UHGV virus genome: UHGV-1363021
DNA length: 40,445 bases
From: a virus
Direction: 5' to 3' (one strand)
Under the pieces are notes generated by a model. That model did no database searches. It was not told where the DNA came from and saw nothing but the letters and a program-made list of their open reading frames with translations. The translations under genes and the position numbers were made by a program. Position 1 is the stretch's first letter; the number at the start of each line of letters is the position of its first letter. Of the stretch, positions 18,990 to 28,889 are shown piece after piece.

Positions 18990-19823
18990 TTGGAAAATAA
19001 AAAAGTAAAAATATTTAACGATCATTTCGAAGAAACACTAACGGATATTCCTCATCTTAAGTTTCTAGAATTTGAAGAAGAGGATTTAGATAGAAAGTCT
19101 AATCAGATTGAAGTTAATGGTAGCGATGGCGTTTTACAAGGACCGATGAATTTCGGTCCTTTTAATTTGATACTGAGATTTTCATATAAAGGCATGGATT
19201 ATAAAGAATATAGATTAGCAAAAGAAAAGTTACGTCAATTGATAAATAGGAGAGATCCTTATTTCGTATGGCATTCAGATATGCCAGGTAAAAAATATGC
19301 GGTTATACCAGAGGGTGTCAGTAATGAAAACTTAACAAGTCAATTCGGACTTATTGAGGTAATTTATTCTGCCTACAAAGGATATGCAGAATCATTAAAA
19401 GATACTTCTGAATTTAGTTGGACTGATGAAAGTTGGCAGTTTGAACAAGGTATTATAGGAAGTGATGAAGTTAAATATAAACATAATATTCGTTACTTTA
19501 AAATATTTAACGGTTCTAAAGATACCATTAACCCTTTATTAAGACACAAATTAAATATTAATTGCACACTTACAGCACCTTATGGATTTGAAATCGTTAA
19601 TCTAACCACAAATGATATATTTGAATATAAAAAACCTCTTAAAAAGCGTAATACGGTTTCGATTATAGGAGTGCATCCTTATATTAATAATAAAAGAGTT
19701 GGTAAAGACACAAATTATGATTTTATTACTTTAGCGCCGGGTTGGAATGAAATTTTAATTAGAGGGCACAATATATCCAATAGTCCTAAAACAGAATTTA
19801 TATTTAATTACATCTATAGGTAG
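18990..19823 (+). CDS. distal tail protein (Dit)
   Basis: Position immediately after tape measure; size 277 aa; TTG start with GGGAGGT SD. Confidence 0.65.
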   Translation: MENKKVKIFNDHFEETLTDIPHLKFLEFEEEDLDRKSNQIEVNGSDGVLQGPMNFGPFNLILRFSYKGMDYKEYRLAKEKLRQLINRRDPYFVWHSDMPGKKYAVIPEGVSNENLTSQFGLIEVIYSAYKGYAESLKDTSEFSWTDESWQFEQGIIGSDEVKYKHNIRYFKIFNGSKDTINPLLRHKLNINCTLTAPYGFEIVNLTTNDIFEYKKPLKKRNTVSIIGVHPYINNKRVGKDTNYDFITLAPGWNEILIRGHNISNSPKTEFIFNYIYR

Positions 19824-21392
19824 GTGAGAATATTGGAAAATCTAATATTTATGAATAGAGAAGGGACATTTTCGGAAATTGTTAATGACTTTGATTTTGG
19901 TTCCTTTAAATATGAATATGAACAAAATAATGAGCGATCCATATCTCTCACTGCTTATAAAACCAATGTTAACGCGGATATATTTGATAGTTTGATTAAT
20001 GAAAATTATTTAATTTGGAAGGGTCAGAAATATGTCATTAAATCGACTGAGCTTAAGTATGAAGAAGGTGTAATACTTAATGAAATTGAGGCTAAGCATA
20101 TTTCTATGGAATTTCAAAATCATTATGTACCTAAAGATTTAGATGATGAGTCACTGAATGATGAAGATGAGACTGAAGCAAAAATTTCCATGAAAGTTAA
20201 AGAGTACCTTGATTTTGCATTCAAAAATAATAAACTTAATTTCGATTATAAGTTACATGGAAAATTTAATGAGAGTAAATATATTGAAGAGTTAGGAGAT
20301 AAAAACGGTTTAGAACATCTTATTGAAGGTGCTGAGCATTTTGGCTATATATTTTTTGCTGATAATAAAATTTTCCATATTTATACACCTGATAATTTTT
20401 ATAAAAAATCAGATGAAATATTAGTTTATAAATATAATAATAGTTCGGTTTCGGCTAAAACAATCACAACTGAATTACGCACCTACATTCAAGGATATGG
20501 AAAGAAAAAGTCAAAATCCGAAACGAAAAACTATAAACCTATAAAACCTAAAGATTTCTCATACTCTGGAAATTTTAATAAAGAAGGGACTTGGTCTACT
20601 GAACATATAGGAGATTCGTTTTATAAGACATTTGATTGTAAGTGGGGGAATGAAACCTTAACTTGGAATCTAAAAAAAGGACCTAAAGGTGGAATTATCG
20701 AAGTATTTATTGATGATAAGTCGAAAGGGACTTTTGATTGTTACAGCGCTCATGCTTCGACGCAAAAAGTTATTTTAGCTAAAGGATTATCAAAAGGTAA
20801 ACATTCTTTTAGAGGCGTTTTTAAATCGAAAAAAACTGGTATTGATTATAAGAAGTCTAATCCAGTCATGTATGTTGGTACGAGTAAAAGTAGTGTTTTA
20901 AATCTAACTGCAGTTCTTAAAGGTAAAGATATTTATCATGTATATGCTGAATATAAGTCTCCATATTATAAGCAATATGGTAAATCAGAAGCCCCTACAA
21001 TATATGATGATAATATTACAAGTCAATCAGAGTTAAAGAAGAAATTAAAAGAAACACTTGATGATATTCCAACAATCGAAGTAGCAACGAATTATTTAGG
21101 ATTAGAAAGTATTCATGAAAATAATACTATTCGATTTATACACAAACCTATCGGATTTAATACTGATTTAAAAGTTGTCAAACTTACTGAATATCACCCC
21201 CTTGTTTCGCAGCCTATTGAAGTGGAATTCAGTAATGCTCAGAAAGATATTATACAAATGCAATCACAGTTCAATCGTAGGTTAAGAAAGGTTAATAATC
21301 TTATGAAAAAAGGATTCAAAACTAGTGACTATTCTTTAAATGTGTTAGAGGAATATAACGAAACAGTAGGAAGTGTATTGATTGATGAGTAA
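19824..21392 (+). CDS. tail-associated protein Tal / baseplate hub
   Basis: Position after Dit; 522 aa; start uncertain (GTG 19824, TTG 19833 or ATG 19851). Confidence 0.55.
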   Translation: MRILENLIFMNREGTFSEIVNDFDFGSFKYEYEQNNERSISLTAYKTNVNADIFDSLINENYLIWKGQKYVIKSTELKYEEGVILNEIEAKHISMEFQNHYVPKDLDDESLNDEDETEAKISMKVKEYLDFAFKNNKLNFDYKLHGKFNESKYIEELGDKNGLEHLIEGAEHFGYIFFADNKIFHIYTPDNFYKKSDEILVYKYNNSSVSAKTITTELRTYIQGYGKKKSKSETKNYKPIKPKDFSYSGNFNKEGTWSTEHIGDSFYKTFDCKWGNETLTWNLKKGPKGGIIEVFIDDKSKGTFDCYSAHASTQKVILAKGLSKGKHSFRGVFKSKKTGIDYKKSNPVMYVGTSKSSVLNLTAVLKGKDIYHVYAEYKSPYYKQYGKSEAPTIYDDNITSQSELKKKLKETLDDIPTIEVATNYLGLESIHENNTIRFIHKPIGFNTDLKVVKLTEYHPLVSQPIEVEFSNAQKDIIQMQSQFNRRLRKVNNLMKKGFKTSDYSLNVLEEYNETVGSVLIDE

Positions 21393-21558
21393 AGAAGTAT
21401 CGATAAGATATCTAATAGATATAGATGGAGAAGAATATTTTCCAGTCACTCATATAGAGGCAGTCATCGGTTTAGGTGTTTACTTAGATAAAATAGAAAA
21501 TTTGGAAAAAGAAAATGAAGAACTTAAAAAGAGAATATCTCATTTAGAGAAGGAATAA
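21385..21558 (+). CDS. small coiled-coil protein (57 aa)
   Basis: ATG overlapping Tal stop; leucine-zipper-like C-terminus; below ORF-track cutoff. Confidence 0.35.
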   Translation: MSKEVSIRYLIDIDGEEYFPVTHIEAVIGLGVYLDKIENLEKENEELKKRISHLEKE

Positions 21559-21573
21559 AAGGAGGTTCATAAA

Positions 21574-23436
21574 ATGTTATTAACTTTAGACTTTCCTATT
21601 CAAATAGGACACACATTTAGAACCAAGATGATAAATAATTTTAGAACAATACTTAATTATTATAATGAATTAGATCATCAGCATCGCGCACACACAGAAA
21701 CTAAGCTTCATGCACATCAAGCCATGCAGGTTGATTATAGAAATACAAACGTTTCTGCATTTTTAGATTATCTTAACGGTAATATTAATGGGCTTGTTTT
21801 AGGAGCAAATGGAGACGGTATAGCTGAAACAAAACAAGCCAGAGTATCAATAGATGGTACCGTACATCCCTTGTTGCAAGAAAGACTGCTTCATGACTTT
21901 TTAGGAATTAACAGAAAATTAGATAAAGAAATACATTCTAATGGTGCAGTTGACTTTATTTGGAATCCTCCATATATATCAGGAAATAGATTAGGAAAAA
22001 ATGGGACACCAAATAATTGGGAACCAGAAGCCCATATTGAGGCATTTTTAAACCCTTTAGTTGATAATCAATACGTTACAAAAGAAGTTATAGGAGAAGA
22101 TACATCAGGAAAATATAATGTGTACAAATTTACGTTTGAACCACAAAATTACAATAAAACGCTACTTATTACTTCATGTATACACGGTAATGAAACTACT
22201 GGATTTTTTGATATGTGCCATATACTCAACCTATTGGTCAATCAGTGGGAAAAGTATCCTCAACTAACTTACTTAAGAAAAAATGTACGTTTAATTTATG
22301 TTCCTATGGTTAACCCGTGGGGATTCGCAAATCAAAAAAGAGAGAATGTGAACAATGTAGATTTAAACAGAAATTTTGATTATAACTGGAAGGCAGGTAA
22401 AGGGACAGATCCTGATAAATCTAACTTCAAAGGTAAAAGTCCTTTTTCTGAAAAAGAATCACAAAATATGCGTAGCTTAGTTCAACGTATAGATAATTTA
22501 ACTGCTCACTTAGATTTGCATGATATTATTTCAGTAAATAATGATTACTGCTTATTTTATCCGCGTTGGGCCAATCAAAAAAACAATAATATGACTCATC
22601 TCATTAACAATTTAAAAAGTAACGGAGACTTCGTTGTTTGGGGTTCCAGTACATTATCATCTTTTAGTAATTGGGTAGGAATCCGAAATAAAACAACGTC
22701 ATATCTTTCAGAAATAAATGAAAAACGTGTCGGTGAAAAGAAAAGTCCCGAAGAAATGAGACGCTCAGTACGCTGGGTTGGTAATGTAATTTTCAGAATG
22801 GCACAATTTGAATCTTATCAAAATGGTCAAACATCATTAGATCCTTTCATTAAAGTGATGGTATATGATGATAGATTTAACAATAAAACGTCTGAAGTCA
22901 TTACCCTACGTGCAGAAAGGAATGAATGGCAACGTATAATGATGAGTCAGCAGCGTTTCAAAGTTTTAGCGAATGGATTTGTAGAGCTCTATGGATATGT
23001 GACTATAAACGTTGATAGAGATGTCACAGTCGGGATTAGTCCTAATATTGTTCAGAATTATCATCCATTCTTTGGGTTTAATAAAAGTAGAAAACGTAAT
23101 TTATTTTCGATTGAACATAGACTCAACAAAGGAAATATAACTTTCCCTATTTACGCTGCTGCTGGAGTTCAAATGTCGACGATTACTGAACCAGGTACAA
23201 AACGTACTGATACAGTAATGCCGGTACTAGATGTTAAGAAAAAAGGTGCTGGTATTGTAACAATCAAACAAATTAAATTATTTGCGAAGTTCACTCCTAC
23301 GCATTCTGCTAATTCCATTCAGATATTAAAATCTGGAGAATACGGTAATCTTAAAGAAGATACGTTCACACAAATTTACCCTAATACTATATACGATGAT
23401 GATTTAAAAAATGTTATAAATGGGGAGGAAAAATAA
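21574..23436 (+). CDS. tail fiber / receptor-binding-like protein with predicted zinc carboxypeptidase-like (AstE-AspA/M14-type HGNE) domain
   Basis: AAAGGAGG RBS; motif LLITSCIHGNETTGF matches the HGNE zinc-ligand signature of the M14/AstE-AspA superfamily; 620 aa in the baseplate region. Confidence 0.55.
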   Translation: MLLTLDFPIQIGHTFRTKMINNFRTILNYYNELDHQHRAHTETKLHAHQAMQVDYRNTNVSAFLDYLNGNINGLVLGANGDGIAETKQARVSIDGTVHPLLQERLLHDFLGINRKLDKEIHSNGAVDFIWNPPYISGNRLGKNGTPNNWEPEAHIEAFLNPLVDNQYVTKEVIGEDTSGKYNVYKFTFEPQNYNKTLLITSCIHGNETTGFFDMCHILNLLVNQWEKYPQLTYLRKNVRLIYVPMVNPWGFANQKRENVNNVDLNRNFDYNWKAGKGTDPDKSNFKGKSPFSEKESQNMRSLVQRIDNLTAHLDLHDIISVNNDYCLFYPRWANQKNNNMTHLINNLKSNGDFVVWGSSTLSSFSNWVGIRNKTTSYLSEINEKRVGEKKSPEEMRRSVRWVGNVIFRMAQFESYQNGQTSLDPFIKVMVYDDRFNNKTSEVITLRAERNEWQRIMMSQQRFKVLANGFVELYGYVTINVDRDVTVGISPNIVQNYHPFFGFNKSRKRNLFSIEHRLNKGNITFPIYAAAGVQMSTITEPGTKRTDTVMPVLDVKKKGAGIVTIKQIKLFAKFTPTHSANSIQILKSGEYGNLKEDTFTQIYPNTIYDDDLKNVINGEEK

Positions 23437-24650
23437 TGGAATTAAAAAAGATTGGTAAAATTGAAGTTAAAAATGAACCTTACTTAAAACCGATATCTGA
23501 TGAAGGTATCGGTTTTTATAACTTAGATGATAAAACTGCAGTTTTAAGGTTTTATGTGACTAAAAACAAAAAGCCTTTATTAATTAGTGAAGAAAACACT
23601 GAAACGTACATATATCTTGAATCCTCTAACGGTTCTAATCAAATAGTTGAATATGTACGTTTTATTGACCCTTTAAATGGTGTTATTGAAGTAACTATAC
23701 CTATTGAATTCTTACAAGCTTCAACGAATACAATTGTTATAGGTCAAATATATATTTCGATTAACCATCGAAATCAGGTAGATAGCGATAAATCATCAAC
23801 TGCAGTTTTAACTGAATTTGAATTCGAAGTGGGTGACGCAATAATAAATAAAATTAATGGTGCAACTAAAATTAAATATATCCGTATGTTTGATGAATTA
23901 AAAAGACAAATTAATGCACGAGCCACTGAAATACAAGAACAATTAGATAATTTAGAAGATTGCGTTGTTAAAGTGAAAGATGCAAGTGATGAAGGAATTA
24001 CAAAGATTCAGATTGAAACAAAAAAAGGATTGAACAAACTTAATCAACAACATAGTAAAAGTGTAAAAGACGTCGAGGAATCTCTTAACGCGGCTAAAAA
24101 TACAATTCAAAATCTTTATGAAGAATATGACAACGAAATTGACACAAAAGGAAGTCAATATTTGAAAGATTTAAGAATCGAAGTTAGGAATATTGAAAAT
24201 ATATTAAGTCAAGAGGGATACGTCACAATTGATGAACATCGTAAAATCATTACTGAAATACAAGAAAAGTTACCTGAATCTTCAGATTGGATTGAATATG
24301 ATTTGATTAATGGAGCTATAAAAAATAGGCATTATAAAGCTGAAGGACAAAATGGTTTTAATTGCGCTTATAAAATCATTCAACATCAAGACTACAAGGA
24401 AGTGATTTTAAGAATTAACGCTGACAACTTTAAAAGTGGAACTGTTATAGCGAAGTTACCGAGTGAATTAATTACAAGTACGCAAACTGCGTTCCTAAGA
24501 GCGGTGCCTGTTAAAGCTGGTGGTGCTCAATTAACTATTGAACCTAATGGAGATGTTAAAGTTTATATTTCTCAGAGCGATCAGTGGTCAGTAAGTCGTG
24601 AAGCTTATATTTACGGAGAAATTAGAATGATAGATAAAGGAGGTGAATAA
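23436..24650 (+). CDS. tail fiber/baseplate protein with central coiled coil
   Basis: GGGGAGG RBS; 404 aa; coiled-coil middle segment. Confidence 0.45.
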   Translation: MELKKIGKIEVKNEPYLKPISDEGIGFYNLDDKTAVLRFYVTKNKKPLLISEENTETYIYLESSNGSNQIVEYVRFIDPLNGVIEVTIPIEFLQASTNTIVIGQIYISINHRNQVDSDKSSTAVLTEFEFEVGDAIINKINGATKIKYIRMFDELKRQINARATEIQEQLDNLEDCVVKVKDASDEGITKIQIETKKGLNKLNQQHSKSVKDVEESLNAAKNTIQNLYEEYDNEIDTKGSQYLKDLRIEVRNIENILSQEGYVTIDEHRKIITEIQEKLPESSDWIEYDLINGAIKNRHYKAEGQNGFNCAYKIIQHQDYKEVILRINADNFKSGTVIAKLPSELITSTQTAFLRAVPVKAGGAQLTIEPNGDVKVYISQSDQWSVSREAYIYGEIRMIDKGGE

Positions 24651-24654
24651 AGTG

Positions 24655-25278
24655 ATGGATACTTATAAATCTATGACTGAACTTGTGAGAAATGAAAAAG
24701 ATTGGATGATTGAGACGCAAGATAGAAATAGTAAATCACTTATAACTGCTATACACGGAGGTGGTATAGAGTGCGGCACTTCTGAATTAGCGTTATTGGT
24801 TGCAGAATTATCGAATTCAAACTATTTCACTTTTAAAGGTTTAAAACCGAAAAACAATAGAACTCTACACGTCACTTCAACAAATTATGATAACCCCAAT
24901 TTACTATATTGGAATCAATTTATGAATGTAACGATAGCCATACATGGTTATTCAAGCAGTGAAGCGAATAGTTATATTGGTGGACTAGATGAAAGACTTA
25001 TATCTCTTATTACTCACAATTTAAAAGTTTCAGGTTTTAATGTGGAAGCTGCTTCTGACAGAATTGCGGGCAGAGAAATTAATAATATAACTAATAAAAA
25101 TGCCTATGGCATGGGTGTACAGATTGAAATATCAACTCAACAAAGAAAAGAATTTTTTAGTCGAAACGATTTTAGTCAAAAGAATAGAGAAAATACACAT
25201 AATTGGACAGAAGATATGTATTACTATGCTAATGCTATTTGTGCTGCACTTAATGATAGAAAGTGGGTAGAAACATGA
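24655..25278 (+). CDS. poly-gamma-glutamate hydrolase PghP-like (DUF867) zinc hydrolase
   Basis: Motifs AIHGGGIECGTSE, HVTSTNYDNP, IAIHGY, GVQIEIS, QRKEFF closely recall PghP of Bacillus phage phiNIT1 (zinc ligands H-E-H); GGAGGTGA RBS 7 nt upstream. Confidence 0.65.
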   Translation: MDTYKSMTELVRNEKDWMIETQDRNSKSLITAIHGGGIECGTSELALLVAELSNSNYFTFKGLKPKNNRTLHVTSTNYDNPNLLYWNQFMNVTIAIHGYSSSEANSYIGGLDERLISLITHNLKVSGFNVEAASDRIAGREINNITNKNAYGMGVQIEISTQQRKEFFSRNDFSQKNRENTHNWTEDMYYYANAICAALNDRKWVET

Positions 25279-25580
25279 AGAAAACACACAGTATGACTGA
25301 AATGGAATATATTAATGTTATTTCTTTATTATTTATTGGGACAATAGGTATGGCTCGTGGGTCTTTTTTTATATTTGCTTCTGAAACTCAAGTCGATAAA
25401 AGTCCATTGTATAGCAGTATTAATGAAATAATACCCTTAAGTATTTGGGGTATTCCATTCTTTATAGGTGGTTTATGCTTAGCTATTGCAGCTATGGCTT
25501 TACCTTATAGAAATATTAACAAAGTCTATAGTATCACTCTTATTTTAGGAGGGATTATTGTTCTGTGTTTTTCTTTGTAA
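25263..25580 (+). CDS. 3-TM membrane protein
   Basis: Hydrophobic helices; ORF overlapping upstream stop. Confidence 0.45.
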   Translation: MGRNMKKTHSMTEMEYINVISLLFIGTIGMARGSFFIFASETQVDKSPLYSSINEIIPLSIWGIPFFIGGLCLAIAAMALPYRNINKVYSITLILGGIIVLCFSL

Positions 25581-25685
25581 TCACGTTAGCTGGTATTAGT
25601 GATTCTTTAAATTGGATGTCACCTCTCATTTACTTTTTAACTACTTTAACGTGTGGTGGTTATGCTTACTTTGGAGTGTTGCATT

Positions 25686-26093
25686 ATGCCAAACAATGAA
25701 TTACCCCAAAGTTATTATGACGATAGGGATGCTATTCATAAAAGAATAAGAGAAGTCGATGAAAAACATACGAATAATTATAACAATTTAAGTGTGCTAT
25801 TAGCAGAATTTAAACCTACACTTAATCAAATGGTTGAAGCAACTAAAGAGATGAGTGCTGAACAGAAAAAGACAAACCAACAAATCATAGAACAAGGCCA
25901 TCGATTGTCTGTCGTCGAAAAGGATGCTCAAATGTTTAGGAAACATTTAAGTCAAGAAGAACAAGAAGCAAAAGAGAAAGGTAAAGAAAATAAAGAGTTT
26001 ATTTTAAAAGCTACCGGTATATTTGTTGGTGGAGGCGGTGTGGCTTGGCTTATCCACCCATTGTTCGACTTTTTAAAAAATGTGATTAATTAA
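25686..26093 (+). CDS. coiled-coil protein with C-terminal TM anchor
   Basis: ATG at MPNNELPQ with GGAG SD; C-terminal GIFVGGGGVAWLIHPLF helix. Confidence 0.45.
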   Translation: MPNNELPQSYYDDRDAIHKRIREVDEKHTNNYNNLSVLLAEFKPTLNQMVEATKEMSAEQKKTNQQIIEQGHRLSVVEKDAQMFRKHLSQEEQEAKEKGKENKEFILKATGIFVGGGGVAWLIHPLFDFLKNVIN

Positions 26094-26250
26094 AGTGGTA
26101 TTTAAAGAAAAAATCATAGTAAGGCATATATAGTTTTAAAATCTTTCAACTTTGTAAGTTTAAGATGTCATTTTGTAAGAATAGATAAAAGTAATTTTCA
26201 TTAGAATCTTCTACAATTAAATTGTAATTAAATTGAAGGAGAGTTCATTA

Positions 26251-26649
26251 ATGAGAGATTTAAAAATTTTATTAATTCCTATAATAATCATTATATTATT
26301 AGTAATGGGATTACTTTTCGGATTGAGAATTTACGGTGATTATCATCCAAGTAATGAAAATGTAAAAAGTTTGAATATGAAGAACCCTCTTGAGCCGACA
26401 AAAGAATATTATGTAAAAACTACTAAACCAGTAAAAGAAAAGCCTAAAGAAGAGGAAGATCAAACTCATGAATACGAAACAACAGGTTATGATAAAAAAG
26501 GTAACAGTAAAAAAATCAAATATGTAGGAATGAAAAGACTAAAACTCAATCACTATTTAAAAATTAAACAAAAATTAGATACAGTTAAAAGTTATGAAGA
26601 AGTTAAAAAAGATGACATTCCTAAAGAAGCACGTAAACATTTAAATTAA
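26251..26649 (+). CDS. lysine-rich protein with N-terminal TM anchor
   Basis: AAGGAG RBS before MRDLKILL; N-terminal hydrophobic helix. Confidence 0.45.
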   Translation: MRDLKILLIPIIIIILLVMGLLFGLRIYGDYHPSNENVKSLNMKNPLEPTKEYYVKTTKPVKEKPKEEEDQTHEYETTGYDKKGNSKKIKYVGMKRLKLNHYLKIKQKLDTVKSYEEVKKDDIPKEARKHLN

Positions 26650-26712
26650 TATCTTAGAGTCTGGGACATGAATCCTAGGCTCTTTTATTTTACTATAAAG
26701 GAGATGTATTTT

Positions 26713-27123
26713 TTGAAAATTAACTGGATTAATCGTTTTAAAAACGGAACAACACTCACAGCTTTAGTTGGTGCAGTATTATTATTTTCTAAACAAGTAA
26801 CCGAAGCATTTGGTATAGATATATCAAGTGAACTTGAAACAATCAGTAGTATTCTGGGAAGTATTATTACAATACTTGTAGCTTTAGGTATTGTTACAAA
26901 CCCTAACACTAAAGGCGTTGCTGATGCTGGTATTGACCTAGAACTAAATAAACCGCGTAATCAAAAAACGCACCCTGTACAGTTTAAAAGTGAGTCAGGG
27001 GCAGTGAAACCTGAAGTTTTCGACACTAACGAATCGTTTACTGATGATTCTGATGAAGAAGAATTCGAATTTAATAATGATGGAGGAGGAGCTCCAGATG
27101 AAAACGCAATCTCAAATCAATAA
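26713..27123 (+). CDS. holin (phage_holin_1 / SPP1-like family)
   Basis: KINWINRFKNGTTLTALVGAVLLF... strongly resembles staphylococcal phage holins; TTG start 9 nt after AAGGAG; immediately upstream of the endolysin. Confidence 0.8.
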   Translation: MKINWINRFKNGTTLTALVGAVLLFSKQVTEAFGIDISSELETISSILGSIITILVALGIVTNPNTKGVADAGIDLELNKPRNQKTHPVQFKSESGAVKPEVFDTNESFTDDSDEEEFEFNNDGGGAPDENAISNQ

Positions 27124-28561
27124 ACGTTTACGAGATTATAAAAACGGTGTAGTAGATAGTCCATACAGAGTTAAACGTTGGACGAGTTATGACGCTTCCT
27201 TTGGTGCTATGGAACCAGGTTGCATTGATAAAGACCGTGCTTATCACGCACAGTGTATGGACTTGGCGATAGATTATGTAATGTGGTTAACTGATAATCA
27301 AACAGAGATGTGGGGCGATGCTAAAAGCTCTATAATAAACAAATTCCCTAAAGGGTGGAAGATTGTAGAAAACAAACCGTCAACGATACCCAAAAAAGGT
27401 TGGATAGCTGTATATACAGCTGGAACCTATTCACGTTATGGGCATATAGGTATAGTATATGATGGTGGTAATACGAACTCCTTCCAAATACTTGAACAAA
27501 ATTGGAATGGCTGGGCTAATAAAAAACCTAGCTTACGATGGGATAATTATTATGGTTTAACACACTTTATAGTTCCACCTATAGCGAAAGAAATAGAAGA
27601 ACCTAAAAAAGATGCAAAATCAGCTCCTAAACAGTCAGTTAAGGAAAATAGTAGCATCAAAGTCAACACTAATCATATAAAAAGTTGGACTATGACTAAG
27701 AGAGGTCGTAAACCTAAAGGTGTAGTCATTCATAACGATGCCGGCACAATGAATTCAAAACAATACTACAACAATCTAGTAAACGCTGATTACAATAGAT
27801 TAGCAAGAGGCATAGCTCACGCATACGCTGATAGAAACGGTATTTGGGAATCTATATCAGAAGATAGAATTGCTTGGCATGTATCAGATGGTGTTCAACC
27901 AGGTTCAGGTAATTTTGAATTCTACGGAATCGAAGTTAACCAATCGATGTATGCCGGAGATAAAGATTTTCTTAAAAATGAACAAGTTGCGCTTAAATTC
28001 GCAGCGCATAAACTTATAAAGTGGGGGTTACCAGCTAACAGAAATACTGTTCGTTTACACAATGAATTTAGTTATACAGCTTGTCCTCATCGTTCTGCTA
28101 AATTACATGCTGGCATTGATCCAACAAAACAAGCATGGACTAAGGCAACACAGCTTGAGTTAAAAGATTACTTTATTAAGCAAATTAGGGCATATATGAA
28201 AGGTAGTACACCTAAAGTTACTACAGTTAAAAACAAACCTGGCAGTGCATCCACTCCAGCTAATAGACGAGATATGAACGGTTGGAAAATCAATAAGTAT
28301 GGAACTTATTATAAATCAGAAATAGCTCACTTTACGCCAAACACTCCTATTAAAACTCATTATGTTGGACCGTTTAGAAGTTGTCCTGTGAGCGGTGTAT
28401 TACAGCCAGGTCAAACAATAAAATATGACACTGTATGTAAACAAGACGGTCACGTTTGGGTGAGTTATACAGCTTATAATGGTAATGACGTTTGGTTAGC
28501 TGTGAGAACATGGAATAAAACAAATGATAGTTTAGGTAAATTGTGGGGTACAATCAATTAA
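27098..28561 (+). CDS. endolysin: CHAP + amidase_2 (N-acetylmuramoyl-L-alanine amidase) + SH3b
   Basis: CHAP Cys/His (AYHAQCMDL...RYGHIGIV); amidase_2/PGRP segment (VIHNDAGT...AWHVSDG); C-terminal SH3_5-like; GGAGGAGGAG RBS. Confidence 0.9.
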   Translation: MKTQSQINKRLRDYKNGVVDSPYRVKRWTSYDASFGAMEPGCIDKDRAYHAQCMDLAIDYVMWLTDNQTEMWGDAKSSIINKFPKGWKIVENKPSTIPKKGWIAVYTAGTYSRYGHIGIVYDGGNTNSFQILEQNWNGWANKKPSLRWDNYYGLTHFIVPPIAKEIEEPKKDAKSAPKQSVKENSSIKVNTNHIKSWTMTKRGRKPKGVVIHNDAGTMNSKQYYNNLVNADYNRLARGIAHAYADRNGIWESISEDRIAWHVSDGVQPGSGNFEFYGIEVNQSMYAGDKDFLKNEQVALKFAAHKLIKWGLPANRNTVRLHNEFSYTACPHRSAKLHAGIDPTKQAWTKATQLELKDYFIKQIRAYMKGSTPKVTTVKNKPGSASTPANRRDMNGWKINKYGTYYKSEIAHFTPNTPIKTHYVGPFRSCPVSGVLQPGQTIKYDTVCKQDGHVWVSYTAYNGNDVWLAVRTWNKTNDSLGKLWGTIN

Positions 28562-28563
28562 TC

Positions 28564-28578
28564 TGTTATAATAAAATT
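28564..28578 (+). promoter_or_regulatory. promoter-like extended -10 motif copy A (TGTTATAATAAAATT)
   Basis: TGnTATAAT directly after the endolysin stop; one of three near-identical 15-mers. Confidence 0.4.
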
Positions 28579-28709
28579 ACCACGTCATTATACAAGGGTA
28601 GTCGCTATGGCTACCTCTCATAAATTACAATTAATTATGTCTATAATATGAAGATATTAGATTGATATTAAAAAAACATAGTTTAACACTACATTGGTTA
28701 CACGGTCTG

Positions 28710-28724
28710 TGCTATAATTAAATT
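28710..28724 (+). promoter_or_regulatory. promoter-like extended -10 motif copy B (TGCTATAATTAAATT)
   Basis: TGnTATAAT; about 45 nt upstream of the terminator at 28769-28797. Confidence 0.45.
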
Positions 28725-28768
28725 ACATACAATTTAATTTTTTATACTCCTTTATAACTTTTTTGCTA

Positions 28769-28797
28769 CCACGCTCTTTGTGAGCGTGGTTATTTTT
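28769..28797 (+). terminator. intrinsic terminator (CCACGCTC-loop-GAGCGTGG plus T-run)
   Basis: Perfect 8-bp stem, 5-nt loop, TTATTTTT tail. Confidence 0.7.
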
Positions 28798-28826
28798 GCG
28801 AACGCCAACAATTTCTGTCGTAACTA

Positions 28827-28841
28827 TGTTATAATTAAATT
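28827..28841 (+). promoter_or_regulatory. promoter-like extended -10 motif copy C (TGTTATAATTAAATT)
   Basis: TGnTATAAT; about 20 nt upstream of the hairpin terminator at 28860-28889. Confidence 0.45.
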
Positions 28842-28859
28842 GCAAGTCATTTCACAGAA

Positions 28860-28889
28860 GGGTAGTCTTAACGGCTATCCTTTTTTTTA
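28860..28889 (+). terminator. intrinsic terminator (GGGTAG-loop-CTATCC plus T8)
   Basis: 6-bp stem (one G-U), 9-nt loop, TTTTTTTT. Confidence 0.6.
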
